Shown here: one piece after another, positions 15,091-28,816 of the stretch | Numbering within the stretch: the stretch's first letter is position 1 | Layout of the letters: each line of letters opens with the position of its first letter | From: the human T2T-CHM13v2.0 reference genome, Homo sapiens | Direction: 5' to 3' (one strand) | DNA length: 64,000 nt | NCBI RefSeq assembly: GCF_009914755.1 | Contig: NC_060926.1 | The notes under the pieces: model-generated | The model's input: only the letters and a program-made list of their open reading frames with translations | What the model was told of the DNA's origin: nothing | Databases searched by the model: none | Translations under genes and position numbers: made by a program

Positions 15091-15680
15091 CCCATTTTTC
15101 CTCAAATTGTTCCATGGATTGAAAATATATTGAATAATACTTGATCCACTCTTCTGTGACCAGATATATAGTGAATCTCTGTTTATTGATGAATCAAAGA
15201 TGTCTTTTTGAATCAAATGCCTGTGTTAAATGGTTCAGACTATCTTTCAGAGTAGTGATGATTGAGTCCCCATACACAACTTATAGTCAGCTTGTCAGGC
15301 CCCGTACATAGAGCACGTGGTTCTTCCCACAGGCTCCTCAGTACACAGTACTAGGGAATATATGGAGAAAGAAGTACAGAGCCTTGTAGGTCTGAGATCC
15401 GTCATGGATGAAATGTATTCTCACCTAAACAAAATGATGAGGCCTGGTCAGAGACAAAGCCCTACACAGACCTCGCCTGCACACCCAGACCAGGCCCCAC
15501 TAGTCACCTTTCGTGACAGTCTAGGGTCTACTGAATCACAGTGAGATCATTCTGAGATGTTCACGCCCAGGCACAGGAGCACAGAGGCAACTGGACAGCA
15601 CTCTCCTTGGCCCGATGACCACTGTAATAATGAACACGGATGTAGCTTCAAAACTCTGAAGCATGTTATCACTTGATCCT

Positions 15681-16095
15681 TGAGATGGTTTGGATCTATG
15701 TCCCCACCCAATTCTCATATCAAATTGTAACCCCCAGTGTTGGAGGTGGGGCCTCGTGGGAAGTGATTGCATCATGGGATCGGTTTCTCATGGTTTAACA
15801 CCATCCGCCCTGGTACTGTGGTCATGATAGTGAGTCTCACAGGGATATGGTTGTTTAAAAGTGTGTAGTGCCCCCTCCCTCTCTCTCCTTCTCCTGCTCC
15901 TGCCATGTAAGACGCCCCACTTCCCCTTTGCCTTCCTCCATGATTAAAAGCTCCCCGAGGTCTCCCCAGAAGCAGATGCCACCATGCTTCCTGTATAGCC
16001 TGTGGAACTGTATGTGAGCCAATTAAACCTCTTTTCTTTACAAAGTACCCAGTCTCAGGTATTTCTTTATAGCAGTGGGAGAACAGACTAACACA
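15681..16095 (+). mobile_element. MaLR solo LTR (MSTB-like)
   Basis: tgagatggtttggatctatgtccccacc ... attaaacctcttttc ... gactaacaca. Perfect 5-bp TSD ATCCT (15676-15680 and 16096-16100). Confidence 0.9.
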
Positions 16096-16307
16096 ATCCT
16101 CATAAGAATTTTGTGTCTACTAATTTTACAAGGATAAAAGCTAAGGTCTATTAACTTAATCAAAGCCACATAAGCAGAGGGTTAGATTTAAGAACTGTCT
16201 CTGGTATTCTATAAAAGATAGTTCCTTCCGCTTTGTTTTAGGATCAGAAAGCAGTGCCTCGGGAAGAGTTAGTCCTTTTAATCTTTTAATGCACTTTCTG
16301 AGCATTT

Positions 16308-16868
16308 TTATAATAGGCCCCACAAAGATGTCCACACCCTAATCCACAGAACCTATAAATATACTCATTTCCATGGAAAAGGGGACTTTGCAAATATGAT
16401 TAAGATGGAAGACCTGCAGATGGGAGATTGTCCTGGATTATCTAGGTGGCCCAATCCAATCACCAGTCCTTCAGTGGGAGAGGAAAGCAGAAGCGTGGGT
16501 CCGAGGGGCGCAACATGTGAAGAACTTGAGCCATCACCACTGGCTTTGAAGATGAAGGAAGGAGGCCAGGTTTAAGCAATGTGGGGGCCTCTAGAAGCTG
16601 GCAATAGACCTCAGTTTGTATCCAGCAAGAAAATGGGGACCTCGGCCCTACAGTCTCAAGGAACTGAATTCTGCCAACAGCCCAAGTAAGCATGAGACAA
16701 ATTTTCCTCTAGAGCTCCACAAAGGGTCACAGCCTTGCTGATACCTTGATTTTAGCCTGGTGAGACCCTCACCAGACTTCTCACCTACACTACGGTAGGA
16801 TAATACACAGATGCTGTTTAAGCGCTAAGTTTATATAGTCTGTTATTGCAGCAACAGAAATCTATTAA
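16308..16868 (+). mobile_element. MaLR LTR (MLT1D-like)
   Basis: aaagatgtccacaccctaatcc, gggactttgcaaatatgattaag, ggcctctagaagctgg, ccttgattttagcc. Confidence 0.8.
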
Positions 16869-17384
16869 GATCCTTTGTATCTCTGCAAAGTCACAGCAGC
16901 CCAGACCCAGTCAAATTCTGATCATTGAGGGCACTGAGACAGCACATGCAGTAATTCTGATCACTAGACTTTTGGCATAATGTCAGCTTACGAAAACAGC
17001 TCAGGCCCAGGGGCACAAGTGGGCCTTTCCCTGTGCTCATGAACTAGAGGAACACATTTTCAACTGGCTGCCAAGCATAGGTCACATTTTTGAAACACCT
17101 GGACAGAGTCTCAGCAAACAACAGGTGTCACAGACATCACATATTCAAGAAGTAAACCAGGCGTGTGTGCCCAGGTTAAGCGAATGTGTACTATTTAAAC
17201 ATCTTTAAAGGTAGTGCTCTATTGGGTTTAAGGCTCATTCACTTTTACTGGACAGCCCCATGGAAATATATTCTAGATTTCCATCTTATGATATGAAATT
17301 ACGTGTATTACAGATGGTGCACTGGGCTGAAGGAGAAAATACCCTGGGTTTGAGTCCTCCCGTGGCATTGCTCTGTGACCCTGA

Positions 17385-17737
<353 letters not shown>

Positions 17738-18127
17738 TCTTTATCTATTTTAGACTAGATTTTCTTTCAGGTCTAAATGTTTATGACTGTACAATCTCAA
17801 GAAATGTAGCACAGTTTTTCTTTTTTAATTAACAATATATATTTCATGTGGAGTTGGTATACAGAAATGCCAGCAGAAAGAATTTTTAGGACAGAATATA
17901 CCTTAAATCACTTCAGACAAATTAAAAATGTAAATATTCAACATTAGCTCAAAAGTGTGTCAAAGCATGTTTTTGTGAAGAGACAAATGCTTCAAATAAA
18001 TATAGCAAAAGTTGTTACCAGCAGGTGGTAGGAATGTGGGTGATTACTAGTTTTTTCTTCATTATTTTCTATATTTTGAACTATTATTGTAATAAAACTC
18101 ACAAAAGCTTAGAAAATACAGATGTAA

Positions 18128-18439
<312 letters not shown>

Positions 18440-21392
18440 AGAAAATACAGCTGTAAAAGGAAAGGAAACCATTACATGAATGCCAGAACTTTAAAAAACA
18501 GAGCAGAGTCATTACAATGCTCTAAAGCCGTGTCATGAAAACTCTCTAACATCCTAACCTCAACGAAAGGAGAATTTTTAAGGGCGAAAATAGCATTCAC
18601 ATAAACTGATAAAATCACACAACTCTGGTGATTTAGTAAGGGTTTTTTAAAAAAACATAAACCGCTCTCCATCATGTGACTGGAAACAGACTGCTTTCAA
18701 AACCCTGTGGCTCACACTCCTTGGACTTTAATCAATCATTTTTCTGCACCCTGCTCGGGGTGGCCTCCACCTTGTGACTGCTAACAGCATCAGTGAGAAT
18801 GGCACTAACATCTCTGGCTAGGCAGTGAGGCCTGCGTGTGCTACCCAGGCGCCCACGAGGACAGGGGCTGGTGTTGGATTGGTGATCACACCTGCTTAGC
18901 TGAATCTTATTTAAGAATATAAATGCATGCCAATCAAGATTTTGTTTTGTTTCTTTTTAATCTTTGAATAGCCTTTGTGGGAATCTTGAATTAAATTCTG
19001 CTCAGTTTACTTCAATTCAATTTGCTATAATATTTGTGTTGTAAATATTTAACAATAAAAATTTTATACAATGTATTGTATAAAGTTGTAAATATTATAC
19101 AATTTGTACAATTTGTATAATATTGTACAAATATTATATGCTGGTGCTTTGTCGCCAACATCTGTCCTCTGGAACGTGCCTCAGAATTTCTTTACTGCAA
19201 ACCAGGCCCTTGGATTTCCTTTTGCATGCCTAATCTATACTCCTGTCATCTCTAAGTATGACATTCTCTTTTCCATTTGGCAAGCATTTAGTAAGCACCT
19301 ACTATGTGCCAAACATCTTGCTGCCCTGGAAATATGGAGACTATAACCACAGTCTTGGTCTTGAAGGTCTCTCAGAGTATCAGAAGTGTAAGGGCAAAAC
19401 CACACCTCTTCCTCCTCCTCCAGGACTGGCAACAGAGACAAATATCATTTGGACTGTGGATAGCTCTACCAGAGATCAGACTGGCTGCCAGGGAAGTGGT
19501 GAAAGGTTATCTCTAGCACATCAGCCTCCCATTTCCATACTGTATTATCCTAATGGGTCAGGGATCTTCCCAAGATACATCTGTTCAGAAATGGACTTAC
19601 ACTGTGGAGTGAAATAAAGTCCTCACCATGCCGCCTTGTGCATTTAAGGTTGATGACGAACTGTGGAATAAAATGGCCTATACCTTGGTATCAGTTGCTA
19701 GGAGGACAATGTGGGCACAGGGCCGAAGGACGAATCTGTAGTCTTGAGACCCTCTGAAATCACACTGGGTCCAGGACAGATCATATTACCTTTCCCAGGT
19801 GTGAGCAGGGAGAAGGAGGTGATAGAAGCAGAGACAAAAGCCAGGGACAGACACAGAACTAGAAAACGAGAGGTTCCTGCTGCTTTTTCAAAGGCAAGGG
19901 GGATAGGATCTGGTAGCACAGTTCAAACTTCTGCTCATGTATGTTCTGCTCATGTGGGTGCTGACACGGCCTGGCACAGACCTTAAGCCAGAGACTGCAA
20001 CTACAAACATTCAGCATGGGAACTGGAAAGCATGCTTTCTTAAAGCAGATGGGGCTTACCCTTCTCTTCAGGATAAGAAAGAAGGAAATGGGATTGTATG
20101 CTTGCCTCTGAGGCTCGATAAGGTCAGAAGAACCTGACTTGCCCAGCCTTTGCCACCACTGGCTGTCTTTTGCCAGTCTCCATTCCACTAGCCCTGTCCT
20201 CAGGATGTGTGAACAGCCATTCCCTTCATTGCATTCTTAAATAACCACGTTTTATGCTACCATCTTCACAGGTGAAATACAAATGTGGTCATAGATCATT
20301 GGGATCAAGTCTTCCAGGTGCTAAAATCAGATATCTTAATCAATAATCATCTTATTAAGATGAAAATAAGTTTTATTTTAATTCTCTATGAAAACCCCTT
20401 TAAAAGGATAAGATCTCCCCAGATTTTTAGGACTAAAGCATTCTTGAAGGTCTTGGTGTCCAACTCTCTTGTTTTAAAGACAAGAACACTGAAACTCAAA
20501 GAAGCTTAAAGACTTGGCCAAGGTTATACTGCCTGGAAACCACTGCTTCCTAATGATAAAAAGATACATTTTTCAAATTGATTGGACAGAAGCCATATAA
20601 TGGCTTCTGACTTCAAAAATGGAAGTTAATGAATGAACTTTCCCTGTTAGCACTCAGAAAGGTTCTGAAGGCATCTTATCTCTGCATGTTGGTATGCCAA
20701 CAAACTTTATTACTAGTAGTTTCTCATGTAGGACAAATTTATAGCCCACCATAAAGATATGCTTCAAAGAAAACTTAAAATACATTTTTTTCACTTCAGA
20801 ATAAAACTTCCTTTGAATGTGTCCAATTTTTAAACAACATAAAAAACAAAAAATAAATGTCTTTAAATATTAGTTCTCCACATTTGCAGTATCTTCAAAA
20901 AAGTTGAGTTCTAACATCACTTTCATTTTTGTGAAGATTACTCAGCTACAATCAATTTCCATTTGTCATTCTAAAGAGCTGTGACAAAGGGACATTTAAG
21001 AGCTAATCAAACAATGAGTATTTGAGAATAATTTAATTATCATATTTCATTGAACAGTAAATTTTGTTAAGTTTTTTGTTTGCTTGTTTGCCAAGTCAAA
21101 TGTTCATGTCTGGGTTCTTTTTATAGAATGTTTAATTTGAAAGGCCAAAGAGTCACTGGTCATTTTGACAGCCTCAATTAGTCATTTAAATTGGTAATTA
21201 CTAAGATAATTATATGAAGAAAAATCTCATTGTGTTAATCCTAAATGGTGTCATCTTTTCAAATAGACCCCTTTTCAGATTTTCAGATCCTGTTGTTAAA
21301 CTCTGCCATTTTGGTATTTAATTTACATTAAAGAGCTGCCTAGCTTCCCAAATTCTACATGTCTCAGAGGAGGTATGCTGAAATTGAATTAG

Positions 21393-21948
<556 letters not shown>

Positions 21949-22489
21949 TAACACTGCTGTGAAAGATAAGAAGCAAACAAGTCTCACTTCAATGGCGGGG
22001 AGAAAAATAAAGAACCATCAACCTTCTTATTTGTAAACAAGAACACCAAAATCAAGACTACAAGAGACAATGTAACAGATGTAATGTTGCAACCCAACCA
22101 CGCCCCCCAACCTCATGCTTATCTTGCCAGAAATGTATTTCTATAGAAGGAGAGGAATCAAATAATGCCCCTTTCACAGTTGAAGGAGCCTTTGTTTGCA
22201 AAGCTTAACTCACTCTGTGCCAGTCCTGTCTTTGGGAAATGTCTGAGCAACAGTGTCCAAAGTTGGTGTCACTCCCAATATCCCAGGTTGCTGAGATGTC
22301 ATAAATGAAAGACTGAAGCAGAGCAAAAGTAGCCACAGCTCTTCTTTTGTCAAGAAACTCTTTTTTAGAAACTCTTCCTATAACTAGTACTCTGAGGGTT
22401 TCTTTTCTCTCACTGCTTTCGCTGATGGATGCAAGCTGCATGTGTAATGAGGTCCTTCCTGCCTGGTGGAGCTGGGAGGCAGTTATAGA

Positions 22490-22705
22490 GTAGTCAGGAG
22501 GAACAGGCTGTGGAGTCAGACTATGTGATTGTGACTCTGGATTCACTATTGAGGAGTCATTTGATCTGAAGAAAGTTCCTGATCTCTAAGCATCTCTTTC
22601 CTCATCTATAAAATGAGAATACCAACATTTTGCCATATGGTTGCTATGAGGATTAGAAGAGATTGCACAAGTATAGTACTTGGCACACAGGACATGCCCA
22701 ATACC
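22490..22705 (+). mobile_element. MIR
   Basis: ggctgtggagtcagac ... ttcctcatctataaaatgagaata ... cttggcacacag. Confidence 0.75.
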
Positions 22706-22949
22706 TTTCTGCAGGATTGCATTTCCAATGCTTGCCAAGATTTACAAGTAGACTATGAAGAGGATGACACAAGGGCTGTCATTATCAGATGCTAACAACC
22801 TGGACATTTAAAAGTTATAATTCCACTATAACCTTTCAGTAATGTACATTCGGCCCACCCTTCTGACTTTCCTTAAGCAACTAATGTGCACTAAGAAGAG
22901 GGACTCCACCCCTCTTATTTCCCAATAGCAAATATACTATAAAAGTAGT

Positions 22950-23300
22950 GAAACAGACAAGTTCTCGCTTTTCAATAGCACTTATATTACAAGGCAAGAG
23001 GGTTGGAAGACAAACAAGAAATGAAATCAATAAAAAGATCACTTTAGATAGTAGTAAGAGCTATGAAGACAACTAAGCCTAGTAATGAGATTGAGAGTGT
23101 TGAGGGTGGGGAGCCTGGTGGGAGATTCTCTGGTAGGAGGAGTAACATTCACCTCACCCTGAAACACATCTTTAGGGTATGAACTCTCACCCTCCACTTG
23201 GTAATCCAGGATGACCTTCCTGAGAAGGTGACATCTGAGAATCTGAGGGATGAGAAGGAGAAGTTGTGAGAACTCTGGGACAAAGAAGTGGGAAATTCAA
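22950..23300 (-). mobile_element. L2 3' fragment, interrupted by a 65-bp locally copied insert
   Basis: gtagtaagagctatgaagacaac ... ccttcctgagaaggtgacatctgag. Confidence 0.55.
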
Positions 23301-23789
23301 GAGCCCAATCACCTAATCCCCTAATTTCACAGTTCAGGAAACTGAGTCTTCAAAGAGAGAAGGGACTTCATCAAGGGTCACAGAGCCAGGTTTGAAATTC
23401 TGCTCTCCAGACTCACAGGCTCTGACATTTCCAATACCAACTCCCATTCATTAGAATCCCATGTGGCCAAACTGTTACAAGTGCATAATGGAACTCCAAC
23501 ATGGATAGTCAAGGAAAGAGTATCTCAGGATGATGGTGAAGGACAGCCCATCAAAGAGGTCATGAACCACATTATAGCATATGGGGAAGTCAAGATCTTT
23601 AACTCTATGGAAGCCCATTCTTACCGCATTCAAGCATGAATTCAAGAGGTATCACTTTTTCTAGGAGTCAATGACTGTGAGAGAGAAAAACATCTTCATG
23701 ATTTTCTAATTCTAGCAGTTGGATTTTCTGATATCACCATTTTTTTTAAATCCCTAAGGGTTTCACTCAATATCATATCAATATAGATC

Positions 23790-23802
23790 TTATATGATAT
23801 GA

Positions 23803-23856
<54 letters not shown>
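23790..23856. repeat. (TA)n microsatellite, about 23 pure units
   Basis: Uninterrupted TA from about 23810 to 23856. Confidence 0.95.
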
Positions 23857-23858
<2 letters not shown>

Positions 23859-23939
23859 CACTGAATCAGTGTTAATTGTGTGTTGTATTAGTCAGTGCGG
23901 GCTGCCATAATAACCAAAGAATCAGTGTTAATTGTGTGT

Positions 23940-24315
23940 TGTATTAGTCAGTGCGGGCTGCCATAATAACATAACATAGTCTGGGTGTCTTTAACAACAG
24001 ACATTTATTTTTCTCAGTTCTGGAGGCTGAAGTCTGAGATCATGGTGCTAACATGGTTGGGTTCCTGGTGAAAGCTCTCTTTCTGGCTCGTAGTTGGCCG
24101 CCTTCTTGTTGTGTCCTCACATGACAGAGAGAGGGTGATCTCTCTCTCTCTTCTTCTTCTTTTAAAGCCACTAATCTTATCATAAGAGGTCCACTCTCAT
24201 GACCGAATCTACCCCTAATTACCTCCCAAAGGCCTCACCTCCTAACCGCATCATATAGGGGGTTAAGGCATCGACATATTAATCTTGGAAGGACACAAAC
24301 GTTTAGTTCATAACA
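23940..24315 (-). mobile_element. MaLR LTR (MLT1A-like)
   Basis: tgtattagtc...gctgccataa, ttctggaggctgaagtctgagatc, cctaattacctcccaaaggcc, ggacacaaacgtttagttcataaca. Confidence 0.85.
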
Positions 24316-24754
24316 CATCTTTCATTAGTTGAAGTAATTGTATTTAAAAATTCTCTGTAGGAGGAGCAACATTCGCCTCACTCTGAAACACATGTTTAGG
24401 GTATGAAGTCTCACCGTACAACCTAGAGTGAGAACTTGTGCTGATTTAGATAGCAATTATTTAAGTCTGTTATGGAATTTTTTCTTAACCTGGAAAATTA
24501 AGTTCACACTACAATTAAGGGGCTAGATGGTAGATGGAGGAGAGAATATAACACAAATAAGTAAGAGATTTCCCTAAAGCCATTTAACAATGAACTAAAT
24601 CCCATTTTCGTTTCTAAGTGGTCTAAACCTCATGTCTGCTTTAAGTAAAACTTTCAAATAGTTGCAGAATAAACCACATTGTATTGGACCCTCATCAATT
24701 GACTTTATCTAAAAAGATACTGCAAAAGTGTGGCTAAAGATGTAGGTTATTTTC

Positions 24755-24900
24755 ATGTTTCTCAAATTTTAGTGTCCTAGTGCAAATCACTAGGGGATCT
24801 TATTAAAATGCATTATCTGGTGTGAGCCCTTGGATTCTGTATTTCTAGCTAGCTCCCATGTGATCTAATGTTGCTGGTCCTTGGACAACACTCTCAATGA
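24755..24900. mobile_element. MER5-type hAT-Charlie MITE remnant
   Basis: tttctcaaatttt...aatcactaggggatcttattaaaatgca...ctcccatgtgatct...gctggtcc. Confidence 0.65.
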
Positions 24901-25829
24901 CGAGACTCTATCACACCATGCTACTATTTGTAAAAACCCCAGGAAAAAAATATCTTGTCTCTTAAGTTTCAGTATAAGTTAATGCTGAATATGTCTAGAG
25001 CAAGTTTTCATTTATCTAATGGACTTCTTAAATCTCATGGCTGATGGTGTTTTCCTCTTTGACTTGGTCACCAAGAAGCATTTTTAACAAAGCTATAGGA
25101 CTTAATAGTGATGTATTTTATTTACTGGTCCCAATGACTTACATCTGATTACATCTAACTTTCCTAATACTGTTTTTTTTTTTCTGGCTAATATTACTTT
25201 TCACTGCCCTTACTATATTTTGTTGTTGTCATCTCACATGCATCTTTGTAAGATACTTAGGATCCCTCCTTCAAATAAGATAGAATGTGAAAAAAGAATC
25301 CCAACACAACTCAGTTAAATGGTAATACATACTCCCAGACACACAATGCATTGAGGAATTTCAGGCACATGTGAGAGTGGGGTAAGCAATTGAGAATGGA
25401 GAAGCAGACAGTTTTGAAGTAGACTGCAGGAGGATTAACCTCATGCTCTTTCACAATTTTCTTAAGACTTTGCAATACAGGTGGGATGGGGATGGCTGAG
25501 TGAGTTCATATTTTAAAGACTTAACTATTGAAATTCCAGTTGCCTTGGGAAGATCTATTATAATTAAGGGTACCTGGAGCAGCCTCTGCTATTGCAACTA
25601 TCCTCAGGGGAACACTGGAGTGAATTCTCACAGGTACTCTGAAGCACTAGTGGGAAGAACAGTTTTCCTAATCCTTAGGTAGAACTGCATCTTGGATAGA
25701 TCAAAAGGCAACACCAATCAACGTCAGCTACTCATATCCACCGATTTGAAGATGCTTTTAGAAGCAGCTAAAAAACTGGAAGGTAACCCCTCCAGTTTTC
25801 TATTCAAAATGCAGAGGATGTCCCATATC

Positions 25830-26005
25830 AGTTACTTAACTTAGGGAAACATGTTTAACCCTATGAGTCTCACTGGCCTCCTCTGTATTTTGCAACAATA
25901 ATAACTTCCTCAAATGATTGCTCTGAGAATTAAATAGAATGCTTGACACTGTGCCAGGCACATCGTACATTCTTAACAAATTATTTACCTTAATGCATTC
26001 ATTAT
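25830..26005 (+). mobile_element. MIR
   Basis: gggaaacatgtttaacc...gagaattaaata...acactgtgccaggcaca. Confidence 0.55.
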
Positions 26006-27955
26006 TGCTTTCTTTTTCTATGCTAGGCCTTAGAGAATCTGGTTGTGGAGAAAAAGCCAAAACCTATACATGTTGACTCATTCTTTCAGCCTTTGATCCT
26101 TCTAGAAGTTTTCTAGAACCTACTTGTGGTTACTATTCATTTTCAAAGTTATTTCTCCAATGCCCTTGAGAAATAAAAAACATTGGCAGACACACAAGTA
26201 ACATTCAAACTTGATCTTGTAAACTAAGTTTGTGTTGACTTCTTCTCCAGGCAAAGAGGTCAAGGGACTTTCCTCATATGAAAACATAACCGTGTGATTT
26301 CTGCTAAACCATAAACACCCTTGTCATAAAGGACTCTGTCCAGAACAACAAACAACAAAACAAAGCAAAAAACACAAACAAAATAAAAAGACTGTGCTGT
26401 GAATGCTAAACAACCAGGCCCTTATATTGCATATTGCTTTTAAATCTGGATAGCGACAGCAAAACAAGTGCTTCACTTTCATTTGCTATCACTTTCTGCA
26501 TCTAGCATATGACTTTTGGGAAATTCCAGTATCCCCCACTCAATTAAAAAAAAAAAAATCCCTCCTACTCTCAACTCTTGAATGCCACCAAGTTCAGAGG
26601 GGAGAAAATTCTTCCTTCTAGGAATTCCTCACGCTCACGTAAACATGTTTACATATTCATTACTTCTCAATCAAAGCTCTTTGGTTGGTCAAAGGTTCCG
26701 CTTCTTACTCAAAGCTCTCTAAAATATCAAAAGTGGTATTATTGGAGGTCTGAAGAGTTAGGAAACATCAAAGAAGGGAAATGGAATTTACTGAAATAAA
26801 TACTTTCCCCTCTTTACCCCTTACACTTTCTGGGTGGGTAGGAAGGGAGAAAACCTCCTGGTTAAGTATAATCACTTCCGGCAGGATGCTTTCTCTTTAA
26901 AATGAGTTAATAACAAAATTAGATACAATTAAAAAGGAGTTGCAAAGGAGTTTTTGTCTAATAATAGAGTAAATATAAAGGCATTAAAAGTGCATGTAAC
27001 TAAAGTGGTAAGCTCCAGTCTAGGAAATAGATGAACGGCTTTGGGCTAAAACTGACCAAATGATTATTTGATCTCTAGTAAATGCTTCCTTTCCATCATC
27101 TGACTCTATGTAGATCTCATCCTTCTGGTTATCTGAAGCCTTCCATTGCACTAACCCACCTAAAACATTCCATAAATAAAACTCCATTTCTCTCAAAGTG
27201 ACAGATCTGATGGGGTGTTTGCAAAAAGTTTACCTATACTTTTTTTAAAAAGTCTTTTCTTTTGAAATGCTCTCAAATACAATATATATGCAGAAAAGTG
27301 CACAAATCCTAAATGTATATCTTAATGAATTATAGAAAGCTATCTAAATGAACTAATTCATGCTAGGGTACAGATACACTTCATTCATTTTAAAAGATGA
27401 GCTTCTTATCAAAAAGGAATTTCTAATTAGTGGCATTACAACTTTGAAGCCAACATGGTATGTATATTCAACCAATGTAATAAAACACTCCAGTTCTGAT
27501 ATGAGACAAATGTTTCTAATCATTTTCGGGCTGAAATTCTACCCTAGAGAAGCTTGCTTTATGAAACAATCAGGAATGAGATTTCAGGAAATTATGAGAA
27601 CTTGACATGATCCTTTGAATTGATCTTCGAATGAGTTGTCTTTCATTTATTTTCTATGGGGAATTTTAGGATAATGAAGGAGCAAATATTTCTCCTTTTG
27701 AAATGTATGTTTTTGTTCATTACTGTTCTTGGGAGGGGTGAAGAATAAGGTGGTTCGTGTCTAGGAGTCTGCAAGTACATAAGCCTACTACATACAGTGC
27801 TTTGGGTAAAAACTGACATCAAATTTGCTTTGGCATACACCTGTATTGTCCTCAACAACTGCCTTAAAATTTGGCTTTCCCAGTCATTACCCTCACTCAG
27901 CATCTCCTTGATCTCTCCTCTCCATATTCAAACACATTTTGAAGGCTTCCTGTCT

Positions 27956-27982
<27 letters not shown>
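27956..27982. repeat. (CT)n microsatellite
   Basis: Visible CT run. Confidence 0.9.
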
Positions 27983-27986
<4 letters not shown>

Positions 27987-28778
27987 ACACACCCCATTCT
28001 CAGGGAAGAAAACTATCTTGTTAACCTGACAACCTTACCTAAACTTATTGGAGAGAGCAGAATTCAAACCCTATGGCAATCTTTTGGCAATGTCCTGGAG
28101 GATTTGTGTCCCCAAGACAGGGATTTCAGAAAGGGGAATATACAAATCTAGCAGTAAGATACTTTTTCTCAGCAGGAGTTTCTAGTCTCTTTCAAATACC
28201 TTGCAATAGAGGATGGCTTGCTCCAATACACACCCGCGGTTCTATGAGTCTGTACTGAAGTCGGATATCCATAATATTTTCCCCAACATCCTATCATTTT
28301 TCTCCCTTGACAACCATGTTTTGAGAACTTGAAGCAACAGATATGAAGAGTCTTAAGGGATTGCATCAATGTACGCTAAGATTAGTCTCTACCACATAGT
28401 CCAATGACACGGTTTTAGGTTCAGAAGGGATGCTCTACACCCACAGAATCCCACCGAGTTCAGGTGCCAGCTCAGAGAACTCATCACCTTCCTGTTTCCC
28501 TTCAAGAGTTAACTGATGGGATAGTATGCAAAGCACATGCGTTCTTGCTGCCAAAATAGCAGCCAAAACTGCCTGCCTAGATGTGTAAGATCCCATGAAA
28601 TGTCTTGGCAAAAGCTAGTTTAGGAGTGTTGGCCAAGGTGCTGAAGCGAAGCAAGGGGAGTCAGGACCACCTTTGCCACTGAATCTCCCCTCCCCCACCT
28701 CTTTTTAAAGACAGCGAGCTTATTCATTTTGACAAGATACCCTAGGATTTCAAATCTGACATAATTTTGGAGAAAGCA

Positions 28779-28814
<36 letters not shown>
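28779..28814. repeat. (GT)n microsatellite in proximal intron 1
   Basis: About 16-17 GT units. Confidence 0.9.

Positions 28815-28816
<2 letters not shown>

Noticed and set aside
26100-26119. TTCTAGAA x2 as a possible heat shock element
   Set aside because: Spacing between the two dyads is out of HSE register, so no three contiguous units.
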